From contig NC_068987.1 of NCBI RefSeq assembly GCF_001194135.2, positions 60,273,670-60,337,669 on the forward strand: a stretch of 64,000 nt of DNA, read 5' to 3'. Below are positions 52,685-64,000 of the stretch, piece by piece. Positions within the stretch are counted from its first letter, which is position 1. Every line of letters begins with the position of its first letter. A model generated the notes under the pieces. That model saw only the letters and a program-made list of their open reading frames with translations. It had not been told where the DNA came from and did not search any database. The stretch is from Octopus bimaculoides (lineage: Eukaryota). The position numbers were made by a program, and so were the translations under genes.

Positions 52685-53282
52685 CATTATTATGGAATTT
52701 TACTGTGCTGCCAAGTACAGCTCTGAAGGACTTAGGTATATGTAGCATTTTGTGTTGGTTCTGCTTTGCTATTGTACTAACAGTACTCTATGTGATATGA
52801 AGACAGTGCTAAGTGCTACTATTTTCTGTATGTTTGTAACTGCCAAGATTTTTTCAATGTATTTGTCTGGAACTACTCCAGGCTTGTGCTTGTATACTGG
52901 AGAACGACAACTGGACAAGAGTTTGTGTCCTTTCTGATCAGAATAGTCTTGGATCAGTGGGGCTCTCTGATTGGCCCTAACTGGGGTGGGGAGGGAGGTT
53001 CTATATCAGGAAAAACTACTTCAGCTATGTTTTCACAAATTTAGTAACCTTTTTTTTATCTCTTCCCCCACTCCATTCTCTTTCTTCCCCTCATATTTTA
53101 GGTAAATTCTCACACTAATTGTAAATCATTCTTGTAATGCTTCCCACAAGATGCACCTTCCTACAAATAAAAGAAAAATCATCATCAGCATCAGCATCAT
53201 CATCAGCATCAGCGTCATCATCATTGTTATTATTATTATTATTATTTTCCTAGCTAGTGAGCTAGTGTTTATAAAATATTAC

Positions 53283-53317
53283 CTTTGCACAGCTCATCTC
53301 TTTGGTGGAGCTGCTGT
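53283..53317 (-). CDS. Candidate 35-nt exon
   Basis: Long pyrimidine tract ctcccttcttttcttcacccaag| and donor AAG|gtaata. Open frames: QQLHQRDELCK or SSSTKEMSCAK. Alternative downstream CAG acceptors are present. Confidence 0.4.
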
Positions 53318-54825
53318 CTTGGGTGAAGAAAAGAAGGGAGAAAGAAAGAGAGAGAGTGAGAGGGAGTGGCTGAATTCCTTTGAATTCCTTTCTACAATTG
53401 AAATGAAATTGACCCCCTCGCTATTAAGGGCCCAACCACACACATACACACATTTGTTTTAGGTTTTCTACCCATTTGAATTCGGCCATACACCAGATAA
53501 CATGTTAAGTTTTATGTTCCAAAATTTAAATTTTGAATTTGTTTTAATTATAAAATTACACCTCAACTAAAAAACAACTTCTGGCTTTCAAATACAACCT
53601 TTTCTTTCTCTTTCTATATTTTTGTTAAGTTACAATTTCTCTGTTTTGGTCAGGATTTTCTAATTTCTTTTTTCTTGTATCAAGTAATGGATGATAGCAT
53701 TAAAACAAAATTAATTCATAGAGCCGAACAAAATCAAAAATATTAATTCTATTTTTTCCTTCTCCTTAATACTAACAAGAGCATAGTATGAGAGAGATTT
53801 GGCTGTTATTTCTAGCAAATTGAACAACCACACAGAGTTGTTCAATTGGCTCATTTGTTGATGTGTATAAGTAAACAAAAGCTAAAAGACACACACACAC
53901 ACACACACTCATATGAATGTGTCTGTGTTTGTCCCCCCCACCACCACCATAGCTTGACAACCGATGTTGGTGTGATTGCGTCCCTTTAACTTAGCTGTCC
54001 AGCAGAAGAGACTGATAGAATAAGCACCAGGCTTACAGGAAGTAAGTCCAGGGGTCAATTTCTTCGACTAAAGGGTGATGCTCCAGCACGGCCACCGTCA
54101 AATGACTGAAACAAGTAAAAGAATAAAAGAATACGAGAAAAACGTTCCTTAACACTAAATCAAGAGGGTTCTCTGATTATGTATGATGTATTTTAAGGCT
54201 AAATAATAATTCTGTTTATGTTTGCGTAACTGAGATATTTTGGTTGGATTATATAGTCATCGGTTTCACCCATCTTTCTATATTCTGTAACTGTCACAAT
54301 ATACTTTTCTACTATAGGCACAAGTCCTGAAATTTTGGTGGGGAGAGGGCCAGTCAATTAGATCAACCCCAGTATGCAACTGGTACTTAATTTATCGACC
54401 CTGAAAGGATGAAAGGCAAAATCAACCTCAAATATTTGCTGTAGCTCATCTTTTATACCAAGACAAAACAATGTACATGATAACACTTCCAATCAATTAA
54501 GATCAGAAGCCATGAGAGCCACTGCCTGGTACTGCATCAGGGCAATTTGTTATTATTGTTATCATTTATGGTTTCTTCTTCTTCTTCTTCTTCTTCTTCT
54601 TCTTCTTCTTCTTCTTCTTCTTCTTCTTCTTCTTCTTCTTCTTCTTCTTCTTCTTCATCTCCTTCCTCTTCTTCTTCTTCTTCTTGTTATTATTATTATT
54701 ATCATTATTATTATTATTAAAGTAGCTACACCAAGGTCAGCTTTATCTTTTATCCATTTTTCTGGAAGAGTTGATAATTTAAATGCCAGATGGGGTTCTT
54801 AGACTCAACTATGTTTGCTTTATGC

Positions 54826-54856
<31 letters not shown>

Positions 54857-54953
54857 TGTGTGTGTAAATATTGTGAGCTATAAAATAAAAGTACACTAAT
54901 AAGGAGAAAATAAATAAATAAATAAATAAATAATAGTAATAATAATAATGATG

Positions 54954-55019
<66 letters not shown>

Positions 55020-55021
55020 GT

Positions 55022-55965
55022 AATATGACAGAATATTTGGTAAACGACAAAGAAGACCTGCTACAGTATCCTGCTAGTGCAGAAGGAGTTAACACAAATG
55101 GACTTGAGAATGCTCATGAATTCCAAACAAGAACAGCCAACAAGAGAGAAGGAACCCTACTCCTTATGGAATTACATGGTCAGTTCTGCCGTGAAAACAA
55201 CAAATTAAAGACCAGGAAACATCCTGGAGGTTGCTCAACAAGGGTAACCTAAAAAAGAATGCTGAAAGCCTAATCATCATGACCCAAGACCAGGCATTGA
55301 ATACCAACTCAGTAAAAAAGAAAATATACCACACAAATGCGAGGGTCGAAAGTGTGACTCACATTGTTAGTGCTTGTGTAGAGAGAGTACAAGTGTAAGC
55401 ATGACAAAGTAGTCTAAAACCTTCACTGGCTACTATGCCATAAGTATGGATATAAGGTTACGGGTGCTTGGTACCAACCTACACCAGAAAAGATAATGGA
55501 CAAAAAGGGGAAGGCAAAATTTCTCTGAGAGTTTGACTTCCAAGACAAAGTGTTAGAGCACTGAAGGCTGGATATTGGAATCTTTAGTGGGGACAAACAA
55601 GAGTGCCTAATAATCAGCGTAGCAGTGCCAGGAGATCAACACACCACCATGAAAGAAAGAGAAAAAGTTGATAAATATGAAAACCTGAGAATTGAGATCG
55701 CTAAGATGTGGTTGCTACAAGAGTCAAACATAAAGGTTATCCCTATTGTCATCGGAGCATTGGGTTCAATACAACCCAACCTGAAAAAACATCTGAATGC
55801 CTTAGAAATATCCTACAATCTAAATGTATTGCAAAAATTGGCATTACTTGGAACTGCACGCATATTGCGTAAAGTACTGTCTGTTTGAGGTCCTTGTTGC
55901 GACTTGACAAACAGTACAATATCTTCAATCAACAACCTCAACAACCTCACGATATTGTATACTAT
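55022..55965 (+). mobile_element. R4/Dong-like LINE 3' portion (RLE domain), 5'-truncated
   Basis: QDQALNTN, LHWLLCHKYGY, AVPGDQ...EREKVDKYENLRIEIAKMW...KVIPIVIGALGS...LQKLALLGTARILRKVLSV*. The 5' junction is directly after a long (TAA)n. Confidence 0.85.
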
Positions 55966-56608
55966 GTAATATGTGTATAGTGCTCAGGGAATTTGATACT
56001 CCTTTATCTCCTCTGTTGCATATGCTTCAGCATTTAATATTTCCTGCTTCTCTGTCTGAGGGGGATCTTACGATCGTTTCATGAATATACTACCTTTCGG
56101 AATCCAAGGTTGATAATTATTATTATTAGGAAGTATATCCACTTGTAAGAGAAAAGGATGAATTTCAGTGTAGTAAATCGAATGACAGAAATGCTATTTA
56201 AAATCATATGATAAAAGTGTTGTTTAAAAAGTTATTGGTATAGATCTATATTGGTATAAATTTGGATTTCATTTTGAAAGGTAGTATATTCAGGAAACAA
56301 TCATAAGATCTCTCAAAACTTTTTTAAATGATCATAGTTATATTTTATATATTTATTTATTAATACAATATTGTTTATATTATGGACTTATCTCTACTTT
56401 TACTCTCTAATATATTATCGCTCTAACTGAATCTCTAAATACCGTTAAGGTTTTAGACATATCAAGAGCACTAATCTGAAATCCAGTACACTTTATTTTC
56501 ATAGGACATATTTGATTAACTATATACATATAAAAATATATATATGTATGTATGTATGCATGTATGTATATATGCATACATACATACATTTATATATATA
56601 TATATATA

Positions 56609-56963
56609 TAGGAAAAGTGAACAAGAAGACAAACTCTCGAAATGTTGTTAAACCATTTATATCTTGAATTCTTCTACATATGTTTCAGCGGATGCACTCC
56701 AAAATGTCCACCAGGATAAATTTTGGTCAGCAATGCATCAATCTCATCAGGAAGGATATAAATAACAAACTCATCAAACAAACATGTTAACAGAAATAGA
56801 AAGTCCTTTATTTATATCTTTCCTGATGAGATTGATGTATTGCTGATTATAATTTATCCTTTCGGACATTTTGGAGTGCATCCTTCAAAACTTATGTAGA
56901 AGAATTCAAGATATAAATGGTTCAACAACATCCTGGGAGTTTGTCTTCTTTTCAATTTTCCTA
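56609..56963. mobile_element. Inverted duplication (~157-bp arms, 42-bp spacer) with the best-preserved type I hammerhead-like motif (minus strand, 56656-56762)
   Basis: Minus strand: tttatatc-cttc-CTGATGA-[long stem II with gatgca/tgcatc and ccaaaat/attttgg helices]-GAAA-CATATGT-A-gaag-aattcaa-gatataaa. Stem III is the palindrome ACATATGT. The element begins right after (TA)n. Confidence 0.75.
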
Positions 56964-57090
56964 TTTTCTACTAAATGCGATTTACTATCCTGGATTTAAA
57001 TCCTGAGACACTTAAGCAACATTTAGCTACCTTGTAATTATTCCCTGGATTTTTCCTTTGAATTGTAAACTCTCTGTTTCTCTCTCTCTC

Positions 57091-57130
<40 letters not shown>

Positions 57131-58409
57131 TTTTTCAGTTTCAATTTCTTCTACCAAATCTATCCAAAAAGCTTACGTTGTTCCAAGAATCTAGCAGAAA
57201 TCACTTGCCCAAGCCTCCACACTGTGGGACTGAACCATGCAGTTAGGAAGCAAAAATTTCTAACCTCACAGTGAACTTCTTAACTACATAGTTTTTATAT
57301 GTGTGTGTGTATGTGAGATGATAAATGTGATTAAATGCGCTTGACATAAGTATTTATTTTTTCTCTCCTAAACCTTTTAATATTGTGTAAAATTAGTAAC
57401 TTCTTGAATATAACCATGAAAATAACATGTCTGGAGCAAATCTGGTAACATTGCCAAACTAGTCTGGGAAATGCACAGTACACTAATATTTAATTTCAAA
57501 TTTCTGCACCAATGAATCTTATGCCCATTATATTTATCTTGTACTTGTAGATATCATTAACTAAATACCATAGTGGTAGTAAAAATAGTCACTGTAATTC
57601 CATTTCATCATGATTTCTTGTTTAAAAAAAATTCTTAACCATCTTCAGTCTTCCTGAATATGCAGTTTCCTACACTAAATTCTAACTTATCGTTTCTAAA
57701 CTAATGACTGTAGCATTCTTCTCTACTAAAAACTATTATCTTAAGAAGAATAAATATGTTTAAAAGCAGTTGATGTATGAGGAATTTGTGTTTCTGCTTC
57801 TGAAGCTTCTATGTAACCAGTCCAACAGAATGTCTGTATGTGGCAATTTCAGCAATATTGCCAGACTATTTCAGAAACATGTTCTGTATAGTCTACTGGA
57901 AAAAGTAAAGTTCCTTCCCAAGTCATAGCCTCATAGGGCCAGTTTCCTGGTTTCCATGAAGTATATATTTCCCACCTGGATGGGTCACCAGTCCTTTGCA
58001 GAATTACTCATTTTTGCCAGCTAAGTGAACTGGAGCAACATGAAATAAAGCGTTTTGCTCAAGAACACAACACACAGCCTAGTGCAAGAATTGAAACCAT
58101 AATCTTACAATCTTGAGTCCAACACCCTAACCACTAAGCCACACGCCTCCATGTTGTATAGTATAATGGAAAATAAATAAAAGATTAGAGAAAAGATAGG
58201 TATCATGGAGTCAAATAATAAACATTTGAGCAAGTTAGTTCTCTTGGAAAGTATCAATCAATGGATGCAAGCGTAGTTGTTTGGATAGTAATTTTGCAGT
58301 GCTACCACTTAGTTCCAGGTTCAATCCTTGCACCATAAGCTCAGATTAATTGATACCTTCTGAGTAGATTTTGGTAAAGGAAAGTTATCCCTCTGTCTCA
58401 CTTATTTTT

Positions 58410-58501
58410 AACAAATATAACTTAAAGGCCCGTTCTGACATCTCATCACTTTTATATTTTCATGGATTTCCAGCTTCACCCAATTGATTCCGTACTCTCT
58501 T
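58410..58501 (-). CDS. Candidate exon (3' boundary uncertain)
   Basis: Acceptor gattatttacattttag|. The phase-2 frame reads REYGINWVKLEIHENIKVMRCQNGPL and continues in frame from 59883-59836, but no strong donor occurs before the stop. Confidence 0.25.
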
Positions 58502-59096
58502 CTAAAATGTAAATAATCACATAGCTCATCTACAGCAAGAAATCTACTCTGCTCTGGTCCCTTCTCTCATACTTTTACCCCTCATCTCAAAGCATAAATT
58601 TTCCCATTGGGATTCAAAGTTTTGCACACTCCATGGTAACTTCACAATGCAATCAACACACACTTTAAAGTGGTTGGCATTAGGAAAGGCATCCAGACAT
58701 AGAAGCCATGCCAAAGTAGATGCTGAAGCATGATGCTGTCCTTCAGCCTATCACATCCTTTCAAACTATCCAACCTATGCCAGCATGGAACATGGATGTT
58801 GAATGATTATTAATTAGAAATATTATTAGCACACCAGACAAAATGCTTAGTGGCATTTTATCTGTCCTTATTTTCTGGGATCAAATACCGCCAAGTTCAA
58901 TTTTGCCTTTCAACCTTTTGGGGTTGATGAAATAATTACCAGTTATGCAATGACAGTGACAAAGACAAGAACAGCAACAATGACAATAACAACGATGATG
59001 ATGATGATGATGAAGACGATGACAACGATGGTGACAATGATGATAATGATGAAGACAATTTCTAACAAAAAAAAAATGCATGCTTTCTTAACAATA

Positions 59097-59616
59097 ATAC
59101 TCTTTTACTCTTTTCGCTTTTACTTGTTTCAGTCATTTAACTGCGGCCATGCTGGAGCACCGCCTTTAGTCGAGCAAATCGACCCCAGGACTTATTCTTT
59201 GGAAGCCTAGTACTTATTCTATCGGTCTCTTTTGCCAAACCGCTAGGTCATGGGGACGTAAACACACCACCATCGGTTGTCAAGCGATGCTGGGGGGACA
59301 AACACAGATACACAAACATATAAACATATATATACAACGGGCTTCTTTCAGTTTCTGTCTACCAAATCCACTCACAAGGCTTTGGTCGGCCCGAGGCTAT
59401 AGTAAAAGACACTTGCCCAAGGTGCCATGCAGTGGGAATGAACCCGGAACCATGTGGTTGGTAAGCAAGCGACTTGCCACACAGCCACTCCTGCGCCTAT
59501 GGATTTGGTCGGCCCGAGGCTATAGTAGAAGACACTTGCCCAAGGTGCCATGCAGTGGGAATGAACCCGGAACCATGTGGTTGGTAAGCAAGCTACTTAC
59601 CACACAGCCACTCCTG
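59097..59616 (-). mobile_element. SINE family B copy with tandemly duplicated head (123-bp period)
   Basis: 59381-59493 is repeated at 59504-59616, and both carry the private variant gtgggaatgaaccc. Confidence 0.85.
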
Positions 59617-59835
59617 AGGAAACAGAAATAAATGAAAAAAATTGATGATATTTGCATTGGAAACTATTAAAAAAACATATCGACAAATATATAAATGAAA
59701 CTCCAGGTTTACAGATATATATAACTTATATAAATTAAAACTAGTAAGCTGTGTACACACATTACATAAAATTAGTTTCAATACAATAGAAATGGTATGT
59801 GAGACATAGATAGTTTCTAGTGTTTACTTTCATAC

Positions 59836-59883
59836 GTCTTTGATCTAAGTTTGCATTCCTTAACCAACTTTTCTTTCATCTCT
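59836..59883 (-). CDS. Candidate 48-nt exon
   Basis: tctctttcactttattcatatcag|A...AC|gtatga. Only the phase 2-to-2 frame is open: EMKEKLVKECKLRSK. Confidence 0.45.
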
Positions 59884-60565
59884 CTGATATGAATAAAGTG
59901 AAAGAGAGAAAAGTGTTTGGAGCAGTTATATTGTTTATTTAAAAAAAAGTCAATAAATGCAGGTATAGCTGTGCAGTGTGTAGTGTGAGGTTTGCTTCCA
60001 AGCCACATGGTTTCAGGTTCAGTCCCTTTGCATGGCACCTTGGTCAAATGTCTTTTATTATAGCTCCAGGCTGACCCAAATCTTGTGAGTGGATTTGGTA
60101 GATGGAAACTAAAAGAAGGCCATTGTACACACAAACACACACACGCACACACACACACATACACACATGTACATATATACATATGTGGCTGTGTGCTAAG
60201 AAGCTTGCTTCCTAATCACATGGTTCTGGGGTTCAGTCCCACTGTGTGACACTTTGAGCAAGTGTCTTCTACTATAGCCTCAGGCTAACCAAAGCCTTGT
60301 GAGTGGATTTGGTAGACGGAAACTAAAAGAAACCCGTTGCATATATGTGTGTGTGTGTGCGCGCGCATGCATGTGTGTGTGTGTGCGCGCGCATGCATGT
60401 GTGTGTGTGTGTGTGTGTTTGTTTGTCCCCCCACCCTCCCTTGGCAACTGATAGAATAAGTACTGGGCTTACAAAGAATAAGTCCTGGGGTTGTTTTGTT
60501 CGACTAAAAGTGGTGTTCCAGCATGGCTGCACTCAAATGACTGAAACAAATAAAACAGTAAAAGA

Positions 60566-60598
<33 letters not shown>

Positions 60599-60600
60599 TA

Positions 60601-60720
60601 GCAAATAAGTAACAAGGATGTCCAAGTATCAGTGCATTACAGCCATTTCAAGCGGTTAAATGAAGCCACTTGAAACGGGAGTAATGCATTGATACCTGGA
60701 CATCCTTGTTACTTATTTGC
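60601..60720. repeat. Foldback element, 57-bp arms with a 6-bp loop
   Basis: 60601-60657 versus 60664-60720: reverse-complementary with 7 mismatches; starts right after a (TA)-rich tract. Confidence 0.85.
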
Positions 60721-61277
60721 TTTTTATTCACCTAACTTCGAGCTGTGCAGACCATACAGGACGGACTTGGTGCTCAGCTTGAGTACCTAATCCAACTGAA
60801 TCTTAATTATATATATATTTGTGTGTATGAAGGACTTCCCCATTGAAGATGACATATAAGTGTTCAGTGCAAAGACAAAGAAAATCTAACCAAATAGACA
60901 ATCAACAATGCACTCATATTACTATTACTGTTAATCACCAACGTTTGCAATTCATTCACTTCATCAGGTGACTTCTCATGTGAATTCTCAGGCCTCCAAA
61001 AGCAATATGGATATGAGCATGAGCATGACTTATTAAACCAGCACATGATCTAGCTGAGAAATCACAATGTGGACAGTGATGGTTTGCAGGAGGGCATTTC
61101 AAATTATCTTTTAATTTGTCCTTACACTGTATAAGTGGCCAGCCTACATTGCATCATGAATTTACAATGACTTTAAAAATACAGTAAATATTTCATAAAT
61201 GAACCGTTCGTATCCTCGGTGTGAAATAGTTTTTTCCCATAGGTTTCTTTTGAGTACATTCAACGTATCTCACCTTC

Positions 61278-61406
61278 AAAGATTTGGCTGCTATTTCTAG
61301 CACGCCCTGCTACCACGTAACAGGGTATTTGTGATATTTGTGATAAAGGACCTAAAATACCTGTTACGTGGTAGCAGGGTGTGAAAGAAATAGCAGCCAA
61401 ATCTTT
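61278..61406. repeat. Foldback element, ~53-bp arms with a 24-bp spacer
   Basis: aaagatttggctgctatttctagcacgccctgctaccacgtaacagggtattt is mirrored at 61355-61406. Confidence 0.85.
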
Positions 61407-61577
61407 CCTTTTCTAGTGAAAGGAGCCATTTATGCGTGATTTCAATGTCAGATTCATTGAAAGCATGTGAAATAACCAGAAAAAAGATAAAACCCACGAA
61501 ACAAAACTCTGTTGCTAGGAAACTCAGACTTTCCCAGTACTGGTAATTATAGGTGACCTAGTGGGTCATAGGTAGTC

Positions 61578-61609
<32 letters not shown>

Positions 61610-62135
61610 TAATGTTTATTTGTCTTTGTGTTTGTTTGTGTCCCCCTCCACTGCTTGACAACTGGTTTAGTCTTCTTTACAGCTTCATTCCGCAAAATTG
61701 ACTAAGAGAACAAGCACCAGGCTTTAAAAAATAAATGCCGGAGTCATTTCATTTGCCTAAAACCCATCCATGGCAGTGCCCCAAGATGGTGACAGTTCAA
61801 TGACTGATACAAATAAAAGATAAAATGATAAAAGTACTCCAAGACAAATCAATTCCAATACCAAGTCTGTTAAGAAAAAATATTAAGTGGTGAATCTTAG
61901 TCTTGTTTTGTTTAAGGAACCTTTTCTCTTCTGTCCTGATTTTTCTAATGTAAAACTGCCTTCACCTCTACTGTAGTACTGCACATTTAAAAGGGATCTT
62001 ACATTTGCAAGCTGCCTGATAACCTCACTAATGTTGGTGCCATGTAAAAAGCACCCAGTATGTTCTTTTGAGTGGTTGGTAGTAGGGAGGGCATCTGGCC
62101 ATAGTAAGTACACCACAGTTTTTATATGTATGTTG

Positions 62136-62230
<95 letters not shown>

Positions 62231-63270
62231 TTTCCATCTGTGTTTGTCCTCAACCACTGCTTGACAACAAGCGTTGGTCTGCTTCTGTCCTCATAACTTA
62301 GCAGTTCAGCAAAGGAGACAGATAGAATAAGTACAAGGCTTATAAAAGTACTTAGATCAATTCATTCAACTAAAAATCTCCAGGATGGTGCCCCAGCATG
62401 GCCACAGTCTAACGACAGAAACAAGTAATGGGTAAAAGATAGTAGGCGGGTGTCTGATTCCAAAATATTTGCGATGAATAAATCATCTCTATGCACTTTG
62501 TAAATGGGATTACTGGTACATTCATTGACACCAAACTTGTGATCCACAGCAGAAAAGCTACCATTGTCATGTATTTCCTAAATCATCCCTGTCTTTTCCT
62601 TGAAAGAATGCACTCATTTGTTTTGCTTTCTGAATCAGGCAGCTTTATATTTCTTCTTCTCACTGGTCCTTATGTTCATAGACACAATACAAAGCCTTGC
62701 AACATTGTCATATAAATATAAACAATAGTAAGTGTACTCTGAGTAACTGAGCTTTGTAGGTGGTCAGTAGGACATGTTTTTGAGAGTAAGCAGATTCTTT
62801 AACTCATTACCAACCCATTTTTATCACAGATCAATTCAAGATGAACATAACATGGTTCACAATTGAGGATACAGATCAGTGATAAAATGAGGCTAAATGT
62901 ACCCTTAAATCTGAATGTCTATAATGACTTAGAGATGAGGAATAAGGGACAGGTTTGAGAATCATACTTTTTGTTTATGTTAGGCTGTTATACAATCTGA
63001 ATGGAGAGTTAGCTCTCATCTGCTTCATATTATAAAAATATTGTACTTTGAGATCAAACACTGTCCTTTTAGAGCCCTGCATGCTTTCTCTTCCTTTACC
63101 TTTTTCTAATTCCAACCAGGATGCCAATACCATGTTGATTTGGACAGATATGCCAGCATTAACAACTGTTATCTCAACAGAGAAATTAGAATTCTTATCA
63201 AAAACATATTGACACAAATGTCCATCAGAAATTGATAAGGTTTTATTTTTACAGTTCTGTACGTTTTTAG

Positions 63271-63355
<85 letters not shown>

Positions 63356-63768
63356 TATGTGGTACATGTATGTGTGTAAAATGTATATGAGTATATGAGT
63401 GTGTATATATATATGTGAGGGAGTGTACATTTAACTATTTTGTAAGCCCTATTGCACTAGACATATCACATCAATGTACTTACAAATACAAACATATGTG
63501 TGTGTGTGTGTGTCTGTGTGCGTGTGTACATATACATATATGTACATACATGTATACATGAACACACATATTTATGTGTGTACATATATGCTGATGAATA
63601 TATATATGGGTGTGTATGTGTGTGTGAATGTGAGTGCATGTGTGTATGTGTGTATATACACATGCTCATAAATATATATGCATATATAGATAGATAGATA
63701 GATAATATATGTATTATTATCTCCCCTTCTTTCTAGCTCTCCTGTCTAACTATTTTTCCCAACCAGTC

Positions 63769-63955
63769 GCCATGATTGATCGCTAAATCCACATGTTTTT
63801 TATTCTCTCTATGTTTATTTCCTCATATACCTTTCTGCTGAAGAGCATAGGCTCAAAACGTAAAAGACTTACTTACTTTCCTGAGCGTCAAACTAATACA
63901 CCTGCTTGTTGTTCATACACTTGTCTTCAACTTTTGTTTTTCTGTAAATTTCAAC
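63769..63955 (+). mobile_element. Short element with minimal hammerhead-like motif (family of 10316-10509)
   Basis: cttt(63831-34)-CTGCTGA-A-GAGC atag GCTC-AAAA-CGT-A-aaag(63863-66); ACGT palindromic stem III; runs into (TA)n at 63956. Confidence 0.65.
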
Positions 63956-63969
63956 TATATATATATATA

Positions 63970-64000
<31 letters not shown>

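Noticed and set aside
60645-60690. Hammerhead core in the 60.6-kb palindrome (aaatgaagccacttgaaac)
   Set aside because: No CUGA and no credible stem I or III; only GAAAC matches.
62362-62580. Coding-looking minus frame EIHDNGSFSAVDHKFGVNECTSNPIYKVHRDD...
   Set aside because: It runs into a SINE without a strong donor, could not be phased with neighbouring candidates, and has no recognised homology.

Overview
Eukaryotic, very AT-rich, microsatellite-saturated DNA with ten N gaps (827-1153, 10798-10822, 19645-20008, 21062-21148, 22090-22279, 27759-28120, 40040-40484, 41420-41537, 46278-46336, 49739-49748), most beside (AT)n tracts. The repeat repertoire looks like an octopus (coleoid cephalopod) genome. 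That is my pattern recognition, not a database result. Most of the window is intron-like sequence packed with decayed mobile DNA: dozens of tRNA-derived SINEs (at least four families), RTE-clade LINE remnants and their 3' tails, R4/Dong-like restriction-endonuclease LINEs sitting in trinucleotide microsatellites, several Tc1/mariner remnants and MITEs, a probable solo LTR, a Helitron-like end and several foldback elements. There is no intact long ORF. Nearly all ORFs in the supplied track are microsatellite or gap artefacts or transposon fragments. A set of short minus-strand segments with good splice sites and mostly compatible phases, including 12- and 15-nt micro-exons, suggests a large-intron host gene that I cannot name. 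The most unusual signal is a set of short non-coding elements carrying type I hammerhead-ribozyme cores (CUGANGA...GAAA, short or palindromic stem III). They occur at five loci, three of them as inverted duplications and four abutting (TA)n, which matches non-autonomous Penelope-like/retrozyme termini. The C11.1-G12 CpG appears deaminated in most copies. There is no CRISPR array, rRNA or bona fide tRNA gene. All alignments, folds and mismatch counts were done by eye.
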